Below, in pieces: positions 11,406 through 22,699 of a DNA stretch of 64,000 bases; the stretch's first letter is position 1; every line of letters begins with the position of its first letter. The position numbers and the translations under genes were made by a program. This stretch comes from Balanoglossus misakiensis (lineage: Eukaryota; Animalia; Hemichordata): assembly GCA_040954595.2 (NCBI GenBank), contig CM082595.2, positions 8,166,317-8,230,316 of the forward strand, in the 5' to 3' direction. A model generated the notes under the pieces. The model was given only the letters and a program-made list of their open reading frames with translations, was not told the DNA's origin and made no database searches.

Positions 11406-14400
11406 TTACAGTTCCAATAACAATCTGACATGGCCTTCATCACGATCCCTTGCTGCATAATGCAAAGGAGTGTCTCCATCCTGTAAGTAATGAAGGAGGA
11501 GCATGAGAATAATGTCACAAAAATTGAAATATAATGTGAAATTTCCTTAAACAAAAAAAAAAAACAAAAAAATATTTCAATACTTTCAGAATTAACCTAT
11601 AGAAGTCAGGTTGGTATTTACCTTGTTTTGTATGTTAGCATCAGCTTTGTGTTCCAATAACAATCTGACACGTCCTTCATCACGAAACCTTGCTGCATAA
11701 TGCAAAGGGGTGTCTCCATCCTGTAAGTAATGAAGGAGGAGCATGAGAATAATGTCACAAAAAGTGAAATCTAATGTGAAATTTCCTTAAACAAACAAAC
11801 AAACAAACAAACAAACAAACAAACAAATACATGAATAAATATATCCGCATTGATAGAATAAACCTGCTGAAGTCAGGTTGGTATTTACCTTGTTTTGTAT
11901 GTTAGCATCAGCTTTGTGTTCCAATAACAATCTGACAAGGCCTTCACCACCATCCCTCCTTGCTGCATAATGCAAAGGAGTGTCTCCATCCTGTAAGTAA
12001 TGAAGGAGGAGCATGAGAATAATGTCACAAAATTGAAATGTAATGTGAAATTTCCTTAACCAAACAAACAAACAAACAAACAAATAGACAAATACACAAT
12101 AAAATGAATAAATATATCCGCATTGATAGAATTAACCTGCAGAAGTCAAGTTGGTATTTACCTCGTTTTGTATGGTCACATCAGCTTTGTGTTCCAATAA
12201 CAATCTGACAAGGCCTTCACCACCATCCCTCCTTGCCGCATAATGCAAAGGGGTGTCTCCTGTCTGTAAGTAATGAAGGAGGAGCATGAGAATAATGTCA
12301 CAAAATTGAAATGTAATGTGAAATTTCCTTAACCAAACAAACAAACAAACAAATAGACAAATACACAATAAAATGAATAAATATATCCGCATTGATAGAA
12401 TTAACCTGCAGAAGTCAAGTTGGTATTTACCTCGTTTTGTATGGTCACATCAGCTTTGTGTTCCAATAACAATCTGACAAGGCCTTCACCACCATCCCTC
12501 TTTGCCGCATAATGCAAAGGGGTGTCTCCTGTCTGTAAGTAATGAAGGAGGAGCATGAGAATAATGTCACAAAATTGAAATGTAACGTGAAATTTCCTTA
12601 AACAAACAAACAAACTAACAAACAAACAAACAAATAGACAAAGACACAAACAAATGAATAAATATATCCGCATTGATAGAATTAACCTGCAGAAGTCATG
12701 TTGGTATTTACCTTGTTTGGTATGGTCACATCAGCTTTGTGTTCCAATAACAATCTGACAAGGCCTTCACCACGACACCCTCTTACTGCATAATGCAAAG
12801 GGGTGTCGCCATTCTGTAAGTAATGAAGGAGGAGCATGATGAGAATGTCAAGAAAAATGAAATGTTACATGAGGTTATTTTGTTAAAATGAACGATCGAA
12901 CAAACACACAAACGACAAATAATCGCAAACTCCCTTGTGGATAATATTAACCAACAGTAAATGGCATTTGAACAGAAACAGTATCGACTCTACACACAAG
13001 ATGTGTAATTCAGTTTTATACATGCATTTTAACGAGCTAAAAGAATTCTGACAAAATATCTGCCAGTTGTTGATACAGAAAGAAAAGTTACTATAAATAA
13101 TTCACAAACAAACTCAAATTTGACAACTTGCAAAACAGATAACATTACGGATAACCAATACACCAATTTTAAACTGAACTTTATTTATGATTTTCTATCA
13201 AAAAACTGACAGTGATGTGATGTTAGTGAACATTTCCTGAATGGGACCAATTTATTTTTGCAACCTGCACAATATAGAAGAAGATTTAGCAAACAACTAC
13301 AGTGACATTTAGTAGAATTGTCAGAAGAATTTTGAATAATCACATCTCATCTCCAATATGATGACAAATTTGAGATATGTGGAGATTTATGTGGAAACAG
13401 TTCAAACATCTGAGCTAACCAAACTATGTATATTTCCTGCAGGAGGGCATCAGACTGTTCTCAGCACAAAGTAGCCAAGCTGTGCAGACTAAACGATGTC
13501 GATCAAAGGGGAAATAACAGAGAAATTGTATGTGACAAGGGATAAATCAATCATCATTAAAATAAATTTCTACTGAGTGGTCCAACAATATCAGGTAGAG
13601 TTGTGCAATGGTGTCACTAGTTATTTGTAGAAATAGTGTTTAAATAAAAAAACTTGAACTTCACCAAAAAAAATCCATCTGAAGAAAGTTAACACTGATT
13701 CCCTTTCTCCATCGCACTGCATCAAAAAGTCTAATAACCAAAGAAAGACTTCAGTGGACACTGTGGCCAATGGGAATGTGTGGCAAACAAAATTAAATGC
13801 AATGAATGCAGTCATTCTTTTCATGAAATATAAAGAACAAACAAAATTATCAAAACTCTTCATAAGAGATACCATTGAAAGCCACAGTAGCACTAACTTT
13901 CAAGGACATTTGTGTAACCATTCCAGCCGTGCCCCACACTAAAACAGAACAGATTGGACCAGTCACACTTCCCTTAATCCTATTGTTCCCAATGTTTATC
14001 TCATCAATATATCTATTGCATGCTTTTAGCGCCTTCTCTCAGGTTCTGGAACCTGGTTGGTTAAAACTGGCTGTTCTGGCCATCTTGATCACCCCTTTGA
14101 AATGATTGGGTAAGTGACAGACAGTGATGAGAAGCTGAGGAGTGGAGCCGCACAGACCTCATGTTTTATAAGCTTGAGCTATTTCCAAGAGAAAGAGCAA
14201 TCCAAATGCTGCCGCTGTGTTGCTCAGAATGATGAAAAAAATCATCCGACTGAACAATTTAATGTTAAAATGTATTATATTTTATAAAGTTTATAAAAGG
14301 TAAATTGGGTTGGCACTGTGCTATTCGGCCTGAAGTACAAGCTAAAACTGGCCGACTCCTCTCGGCACCGTCAACAAGCACCCCTGCCCCCAGCAAGTCC

Positions 14401-16897
14401 CCAACTTGACATGTGTGATGTGACCATGGCTGCGCATCCGTCCTTCGGTCCTAAAAGTTGCCAAACAAACCCCAGTTTAAAACGGCCCCAATCAGAGCCG
14501 CAATGAAAACAAGTTCTTCTGGTAAAGTCTTACTCAAAATGTTGCTATGACTATAATTCTGACACAAAACTGAGCATGAGTGTGGACTGATTGCATAAAA
14601 ATATTTTGAAAGTACTTCCTGTAAAAAAGGGAGGAGGCTCCACAAACCAGACTATTTTTGTTTATGTACATGATGTACTTGTGCGAGGGTTGTCAACTTG
14701 ATAGCCATTCTCAAGATTTACAATCGTTATAAGAGTGTACGTATACAAGAAAAGTAAACTCCTGAATATTAAAGGGACAAAGTCTCTCTCTCTCTCGCTT
14801 CCCTTTTTCCATTAATTATGTTTGATACAAGACACTGTTTATGTTATTCTACATGTGTATGTAGTGAATCAACGTTCGACCACACACAAATATGCAAAGG
14901 AGAATTTATTAATAAGCCATACCCACCAAAATCTTATCAGATCTAGAACTTATCATAACAATGCTACATACACAATTTCATATCATTGGATTCAATTTCT
15001 CTCAAGATATGAGTGGAACAAAATCTGTCTACAGAAGGACAGACAGAAATCGCTGTGCCAATAATGAGATTATTATTTAAACCACAAAAGATTGACGATA
15101 CACAATGCAATAAACAACAACATCCTTATGTTCAACAAGACAGTTTTTGGCAAATGCTGGAGACAATCCCCCTTTCTCATAACTCCAAATTGCTCACAGT
15201 GGAGATCAAATGTCTCAGATATAGGAGAGACAATCACATCACCATAATGAATCAATACTTGCCTGTGTCTGGACAACACCTGGCCGAGAGGAAGTAGTTT
15301 TGATTCAAAGGACAATGATAAATTATATGGCACCTCCTTATGATGAATTGTATTAGGTACCAGACAGGAGTTGGCAGATGCTGGAGGCCGACAGACAATC
15401 ACCCTATCTGATACTTTCTGTGATAGGATTGGCATGGACTGTCATCAGTCTGTCTGTACAACACCTGACCAATGGAGGGAGTAGTTTTGATTCAAAGGGC
15501 AATGGACAAATATATACATTGTATCCTAGACACAATTTACTAAGAAAACTACAGAGGAAATGGCACTATTGAGAAAGCTCATACTTTTAGAATTTACCTG
15601 CAGAAGTCAGGTGGGTATTTACCTTGTTTTGTATGGTTACATCAGCTTTGTGTTCCAATAACAATCTGACACGGCCTTCACCAACATCCCTCCTTGCTGC
15701 AGAGTGCAAAGGGGTGTCTCCCCACTGTAAGTAATGAAGGAGGAGCATGAGAACAATGTCACAAAAATTAAACGTAATGTGTAATTTTCCTTAAACAAAA
15801 AACAAACAAACAAACAAACAAAAAATAAATGAATAAATCATTCCATACTGATAGATTACCCTGCAGAAGTCAAGTTGGTATTTACCTGGGTTTGTATGGT
15901 AACATCAGCTTTGTGTTCCAATAACAATCTGACACAGCCTTCACCACCAAACCCTGCTGCATCATTCAAAGGGGTGACTCCATCCTGTAAGTAATGAAGG
16001 AGAAGCATGGGAACAATGTCACAAAAATTGAAATGTAATATGAGGTTTCTTTAAACAAACAAACAAACCTACAAATAAATAAACAAATATCAAAAGTATC
16101 AGCCATATTGCAAAAAAACAACCAAGAATGGCATATTGACTGATTTGAAAGGATAATCCACAGTCCTTCTACACACAAAATGAAAATTGCCGACTGTTAA
16201 AATGAATACAGATCAAAGAATGACGGTGAAGAATCTCAATTGATTCTAACAGCGAGGAAAACGCTTTGACTGGTCATATAGCTTTTAACATTGGATGTTT
16301 TAGACTCCATAGCTTAACTAAGGATGGAGGGGATCTGGAAGATTTAAAAAAAGATTGCCAGCAAAATTTCAGAGATGGCTTGAAAAAAAATAAAAATTTG
16401 TTAACTTTGGTGAAACACAAAAAAATCCATCAAAATTTACTTTCTGGAACATATTTAATCATTCGGAACAAATGTGTCAAATACACTATGGTTCAACATC
16501 TTTGGCTAAATTGTAAAGATTGTTAAATTTAGAGTGCAATGTGTCCCACTGTCCTTCCTATGGCTGGATCCCAAGGGTATCATGGTTAGTAAAACTAAAT
16601 CAGTATGGGTAATACTTTTTGGCCTTTCCCTCTTCTTGTTCAGGGTTAGCTTGTTTCTTCCCATTGAATTTGGATCATGCAAAGTAATTTTGGATGAAAA
16701 TAAGAGTGTTGTAATTAGGTCTTTTTCAAAGGCATTTTTTTGTTATCCAATTGTGTGGCCACGTTATCCATAATTAAGTGATAAGTCAGTTCACATACCT
16801 CATCCTTCGCATTGACATCTGCACCATGGCTAATCAACACCCTGACAGCATCCAATTTACCTTTGAAGGACGCTGCATGCAATGCTGTGGAATCATT
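11406..16897 (-). CDS. Multi-exon ankyrin-repeat protein gene, one repeat per exon. Exons in transcript order: 16799-16897, 15886-15984, 15623-15724, 12712-12813, 12431-12532, 12162-12263, 11889-11990, 11622-11720, 11406-11480 (last one truncated, ending in TAA). First exon not identified; may be a truncated gene or pseudogene.
   Basis: Each full exon is 99 or 102 bp, bounded by AG and GT, phase 0, and encodes a canonical ankyrin repeat, e.g. NDSTALHAASFKGKLDAVRVLISHGADVNAKDE and DGDTPLHYAARRDGGEGLVRLLLEHKADANIQNK. Confidence 0.88.
11411..12840. repeat. Tandem exon+intron duplication units of ~240-280 bp with intronic (AAAC)n
   Basis: CTGTAAGTAATGAAGGAGGAGCATGA and GTTGGTATTTACC recur once per unit. 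Confidence 0.92.
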
Positions 16898-17157
16898 CTG
16901 GAATAAAGACGTTTAATGTTGGAATAAAAATGACATCACAAATCTGATACTTGCAATGTGAGTCAACTGCTTGATCTTTTGATGAAGAAACTCTAGGAAT
17001 TTCATCACAATGAGCTTCAGTCACTATTGTAATAATGGTTTTGATTACGATGGTGTGTTATTTCAGTAATAGACTGATATAGATTTGAATCTGAAAGATC
17101 ATAATAATGGTATTTTCTAAGGTTGAGTGACAATTCTCTATGACCAAAACACATGTA

Positions 17158-17335
17158 CAGTAAAACCCGTCTAATCCGAACACCAAAGGGACAGAAGAAA
17201 TTGTTCACTTTACAGACGTTTCCGGTTTGTAAAGGTTCTTTTAACACGTGGTTCTATGTCAAGGGGACAGGAAAATGTGTTCATTATAGACAGTTTTCCA
17301 GATACGGCATGTTCCATTTCGACAGGTTTTTACTG
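17158..17335. mobile_element. Tc1/mariner (Tigger/pogo-like) MITE
   Basis: Begins TA|CAGTAAAACCCGTC and ends GACAGGTTTTTACTG|CA: an imperfect TIR with a decayed TA target duplication. Confidence 0.65.
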
Positions 17336-18287
17336 CATGTGGTTGAACCACATTGAACCAAACTGTAGACTGATACCATGTTCACACTAGGTAAAACTGG
17401 AACTGTTGATGAAAAAGTCCGCGCTGAATTGAGATTATTTATATTTGTGGGCTAGTGTAGGTCTGTTTTTGCACAATCTAAATGTGGTGTTGTGTGCAGT
17501 TTCATTGTATTGCAAAGTTGTGGCGTAATAATTGTACCATGTTTGTTAATATGTTGAACTCTAATGTAACTTGAGTCACGAACGATTGCGACATGCAAGT
17601 ACTGAAATGTCGCCATCTCAGAAAAGAACTGCATCGCCACTTCTTGTATTGGTTCTCTCTTGCGTGTCTAATAAAACCTTCGTCGCGAGAACGTTACATT
17701 ATCCACATTACCGGCAGACAAAATAAGTGTAAACGTCCTCCAAAAATAAACGGGAAACCCGTTTTACTAAGAGGTGTATCCGATCTGCACCATCGATTTA
17801 TTGCAGTTTGAATGAATGATGTTACCAGAAATTGCAATATTCAGCGTGGCAGTTTCTTGTCAGATATGGACCTAACAGACTTCAATGAATCACTAATACA
17901 AGCCGAAGTAAACATGGCGCCCTTTTGTGACCCAACGCTTCTTTGAATACCACTTATCCTAAACCAGTTATATCTTGTGGGTTTTACATTACAGGTGAAC
18001 CAGTGTCGAATACACCTGGGTATACAGACCATGTTAGCTCTGATGTTACTGACACCAGTTATTCAAAAATGTCAACAGATGTCACAGAAGATACTGGCGC
18101 TGATGCTAAATCTGAAACTAGAATGACTGAAACAGAATCCTCGTTAGAGTTAACCGTAATGCAGCGATACGAAACGACAGATAACGAAGTTCTGACAGAC
18201 ATCCCTGATTACAAGGGCACTGAGAGCGTGTCTGGTTTCATCTTGAAGGAAAACCCTACTATAACGGCTACAACTGTAGTGCATGGG

Positions 18288-18344
18288 GGGGGGGGGGATT
18301 TTGGCGCTATATAAACTTTGTTGATTGATTGATTGATTGATGGG
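18288..18344 (+). mobile_element. Extremely 5'-truncated L2-type LINE/SINE 3' tail with ATGGG target duplication
   Basis: G run + GATTTTGGCGCTATATAAA + (TGAT)n. ATGGG at 18283-18287 and 18340-18344. A related tail lies at ~21095-21138. Confidence 0.75.
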
Positions 18345-18719
18345 ACTGAACCAGACGTTGAGGGAGCCCACACTGATTCTGTCTCCATATCAACAGATAC
18401 AATCGACGCCAGCATCTTCTCTCCTCATACTGCATGTAAAGGTCCACTGTGCCAACATTTCCCAAGCATTAGTGTTGTCGATGGCGATTCGAAAGTGCCC
18501 CGCTGTAAGTATAGGCCCACTGTGCTTCACAATCACAATTGTAGAAACAAAACACAATCAAATAATATAAAATGAGACTGGGCGGCCTTAATATTTTTGA
18601 AACACCTGCATGATATCACTTCTTTATTTTGCCAGAGGTCCGTGCATCTTTCTTTCACGGTTTTGTCTTCTGGCTGCATTTATGGTTGTCTGTGCTAGGC
18701 CACGCTGTGCTGCTGATGT

Positions 18720-18720
<1 letters not shown>

Positions 18721-18784
<64 letters not shown>
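18721..18784. repeat. (GT)n microsatellite
   Basis: About 32 GT units, one of them imperfect. Confidence 0.97.
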
Positions 18785-18786
<2 letters not shown>

Positions 18787-20539
18787 TTTTTGATTGGCCA
18801 TGTACCAGTCAATGGTAAAATATATTTGCCTAGTGATTTTATTGAATATATAGATGGTTATGCTCGCAAATATATAATTCTGTATTTCATAAGTAACCTG
18901 AATGGATCCTGCCAACGTCACAAGTAACCCGAATGAATCCTGCCCACGCCTATAGCCCAAGGCCTCATATTCTGCACTTTAAGCTTTTTTGCTATCAATA
19001 TTTTTTCTTGACAGGTGACGAACTCAGTAACAATGGCAACACTTTCATGGTTCTAGTCCTATGCTTTATCGCTGCATATCTGGCTGTGCATATTGTGTTG
19101 GTCCTCGGGATTTCGCGTTTTGTAAGAAACCTAGACCCTGCTCCGAAGTTGCAAAATGACACATAGATTACTTTTCTGGCTTTGAGCTTTATCCATGTTA
19201 TTGACTCAATGATCGAATGCAAAATATTATTTATGATTGCTAGTTAGGTTTTTCTTACAGTAAGCGCAACACTGTCGCTTTATTACATTTAATAATTAAG
19301 ATTAAGCTAAATAAATAAAGTCTGCATTTAAACCGTATTGGAATTGAATTGTAACTACATTTATTTTTGAACAAATGTGGCACAGGTGTATTAATTATCG
19401 CAGGTTTCCAATGTCTTGAGGACATATTCACTATAGATCTAGGTAGTTATTATGTGCACATGCGTACATTCAACTACTGGAGGATATCTTTTTGGACTAA
19501 CTGTAATACCTGTGCTGTATTGTGTTGTGTTTGTCTGTACAATGTGCCACATAAATGTGATAATTGATTGAATATATTTGGAATATGGATGGATATGATC
19601 GGAATTATTTGATTATAATTAGTGTTATTTTAATAAACGTATATACTTTAGTTCGCTATGACTTCAAACCTGTGTTGTTGTTGTTTTTTTCCTGGAACGG
19701 AATTCGAAATACCGCCCATGGCAGCAGTTGATGGTTGTGAGGTAATTGCAATAGGTCTGTTTGTCCCCATGGCCATGTTCCAGTGGGGCGTACAAATTTC
19801 GGTCTGTCCTTCCTTCACATGCGGAGATGAATTTCATTCAAATCTTGCAACACAAATGTCTATAGTGCTGCATGTTTATCATGAATGTCAGAGTAAACAC
19901 GACGGATGTTAATGAGACAGCTGTTTTGCCTGGAGATTTAACTATTGATGCAGATGTGGCGATGGTTTCATAGCCAGGCGCTCAATAGACGATGTTGATT
20001 CGGATAGTGATGACGAACATTCCTCTCAGATTAAAAATGTGAAGCAGTTGAGTCTGAAGACGAATTTACAGAACTGCAAACTTCCTCGGATGAGAACACA
20101 TTACTTAAAATAAGATGCAAAAGTAATTAATGCAACCATCAATATGAGTAAGGCTATTTACGAAAATATCTCGGTCAATGTCAATGTTATTCTTAACTCA
20201 GGTCCTAAGCATACTGAGTGGAGAGTGATTCTGATCAAAGTGTTTCCACTCATTTCATGAACAAAATACCGAATCTGAACAAACGCCCCGGTTACAATCT
20301 CTTAACGTACCGATATAACTGATTGCTTTTCTTCATAATATAAGGTCACTCAAAAATCTTGTCAGTATCATCGTCTGTGCATTGGAGCAAAAGAAGTCAG
20401 GCATGGAGCTGCTTGAAGAAAACCTTCTGCTGGACTCGTCCTTCCACACCAACGTCCTCTGTGAAGATAGCACCCAATCAGAGAAGTACTAGACTTATTA
20501 TTTTGTGCTGCAGAAATCTGCACTTATGTCCGTCGAAAA

Positions 20540-21138
20540 TACATTCACCGAAGCGAACCAAGCAGGCATATGCCTCTAGCTCCCTGTCTAGACGCTTTTA
20601 AGGGGAAACTGCAGACTTACTTGTTTAAGGATGTACGCGCAGAACATAAACCGGAAACACTGCGCGCCCGGTCTTTTTCCCATAGGATTACATTGATAAT
20701 CGCCAGAAAACAAACTTCTACTATTGTCATTTTCACGAAATCTTACACATAGCTCAGTCCAGCAAATATAAATTCATTGGTCAAATAAAATATAGGGGTC
20801 ACCGCGCTCTATTTTGAGATAAATTGCGTTAAAAAATTTGCCCATAGACAAACCATTGGTGAAAAATGCTGAGTCAGCAGATTTCTTCTATTATCGACCA
20901 AATTCATGGCTCTGTATTTCAAAAACAAGCGCGGTGACCCCTATATTTTATTACGGATTTTCATTATACATACAAAGGAGAATAAAAAAATCCACAATTA
21001 AAAAAATGACAATACTTTCAATTTTACTGAACGTACATCATTAAAAAAGCCTACAGTGTGTGAACAACCATCGGGCGCCACTGAACCGTACTCTGGATAT
21101 TGGCGCCATATAAATGTTTTCGATTGATTGATTGACTG
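20540..21138 (+). mobile_element. L2/CR1-group LINE 3' end, interrupted by a TTAA element
   Basis: Encodes LDAFKGKLQTYLF (like the FKxxLKTxLF ORF2 terminus) and ends GGCGCCATATAAA...(GATT)n. Confidence 0.6.
20629..21040. mobile_element. Kolobok-like non-autonomous DNA transposon
   Basis: TTAA on both sides; short TIR GGATGTACG / CGTACATCA; internal inverted repeat AAAATATAGGGGTCACCGCGC / GCGCGGTGACCCCTATATTTT. Confidence 0.7.
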
Positions 21139-22189
21139 ATAGCTCCCATTACAGATATTTCAAAAAGTACACCATGTACTCCATCAGGCAGTAAGGTCAA
21201 TTTGGATGAGTTTTACGATCAACAGTATCCAAATTATATATTTTCAACTAGCTGCCAAACTCAAAATAAAGTACACGTAAGGAAAATTAAATACAATTAC
21301 AATTAAATAAAGTTAATTTAATTAATGACATGTTATACTACATTTACTCAAAAGTTCAGTCATGCTGTGCGTTTTGGCGAAAGTCTTCTTTTTAGTTTAT
21401 TTTTATGTCAAGAGATTGTCAACCTTATAAGTTTGCAAAGATTTTACTAATAAAAAAAATCTTAAAAGCTAAAGGATTCTTTTTTTTCACCATCTTGTTA
21501 TTATTTTTCCATGATTTTAAAGTTTAAAAATATGTCATGTTCACGAAGAAACATTTTGGAATAATATTTGACATGGGCAGTTTTCATAATTTGCATAAAT
21601 TCAATATGGTGAACAATATTCTTAAAAAAACATATTTGGGCAGTTAACGGGTAATACGCAAGCAATTTTAGTATGTTTTATTCAAATCTACCTCTATGAC
21701 ATTTGGAACAATTTTTAAAAAAAATATTTGCATTTGCACTTTATATTTTGCATAAATCCAATATGGCCGCCAAATGAATGTTTGACAGCCTATCATACTC
21801 CGACATACATATTAAGGTTCTAGCATACAAAATATGTTGTAGCACTGTGAATATATACAAAAGAGAATGAAAAATGATTCCAAATTCAAGCATATACTGA
21901 ATTTTGTCTTGAGTGGGGTCAATAAGACTGACTTTTATGGAATCAGCACCATTTTTTACATATAATTGACTTCTCAAACCTTCCTTACCAAAAATTCTGA
22001 TTAACGGCACCTATCTCCTAGGGTAGGAGCTTTATGGTAAATGAGGCTGAAAGTTTGTTTCTATGTGGAACAGAATATGAGATACTGACTGGGTTTCAAA
22101 TCAACACCATAGAAAATGAAAATATAAATGACTTATGTGATATGTATGAAAGCCCGTTAGGGACATTTCGTAAAGCAAAATTTTTTTTT

Positions 22190-22375
22190 TATCTCGTGAG
22201 CACGAGATACTAAGTCGTGGGCACGAGATGCTAAGTCGTGAGCACGAGATACTAAGTCGTGAGCGCGAGATACTAAGTCGTGCGCACGAGATACTAAGTC
22301 GTGAGCACGAGATACTAAGTCGTGCGCACGAGATACTAAGTCGTGCGCACGAGATAATTATCTCGTGGTCACGAA
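22190..22375. repeat. 20-bp minisatellite (GCACGAGATACTAAGTCGTG-like), about 8 copies
   Basis: Direct tandem copies are visible. Confidence 0.92.
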
Positions 22376-22699
22376 ATAATATTGCATCTTATTGCAATGA
22401 ACCTAAGGAGTCAAAAGCTTAACTGATCAATGCGGGAGGTTACGTGGCCAGAAAGTTTAATTATTATGTACATCACATTCAATGTCACCAGAAAGTCACT
22501 GCTAAATTTCAGACTAAGGGCTTTCCAGATCTGAGTCTCGAGCATTTCATCACAATGTTTTGAATAGTGGGTAACAGTTCCTTTATATTTCAACATGGGT
22601 TTCAACTATTGTGAAATGTTGGCTTTGAAAACAAATATCACGATTTTATTCTGAGCTTGTGAAATTTAAAGAGAATATTGTACAAGAATGGATTGTACA

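Larger units (their letters stand above)
17995..19166 (+). pseudogene. 3' exons of a small single-pass membrane protein gene: S/T/acidic stalk exon 17995-18435 and transmembrane terminal exon 19015-19166; stalk exon disrupted
   Basis: Acceptors TTACAG|17995 and TTGACAG|19015, donor 18435|GTAAAG, all phase-1 compatible. Hydrophobic segment FMVLVLCFIAAYLAVHIVLVLGI; AATAAA at ~19310-19319. An in-frame stop is introduced by the 57-bp insertion. Confidence 0.55.

Noticed and set aside
11787-12673. Single-exon membrane-anchored ankyrin ORFs with hydrophobic N-termini
   Set aside because: The FVCL-rich stretches are translated intronic (TTTG)n. The real exons are delimited by AG/GT.
18610-18960. 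ORFs with CV/HT dipeptide runs
   Set aside because: These are translations of the (GT)n microsatellite.
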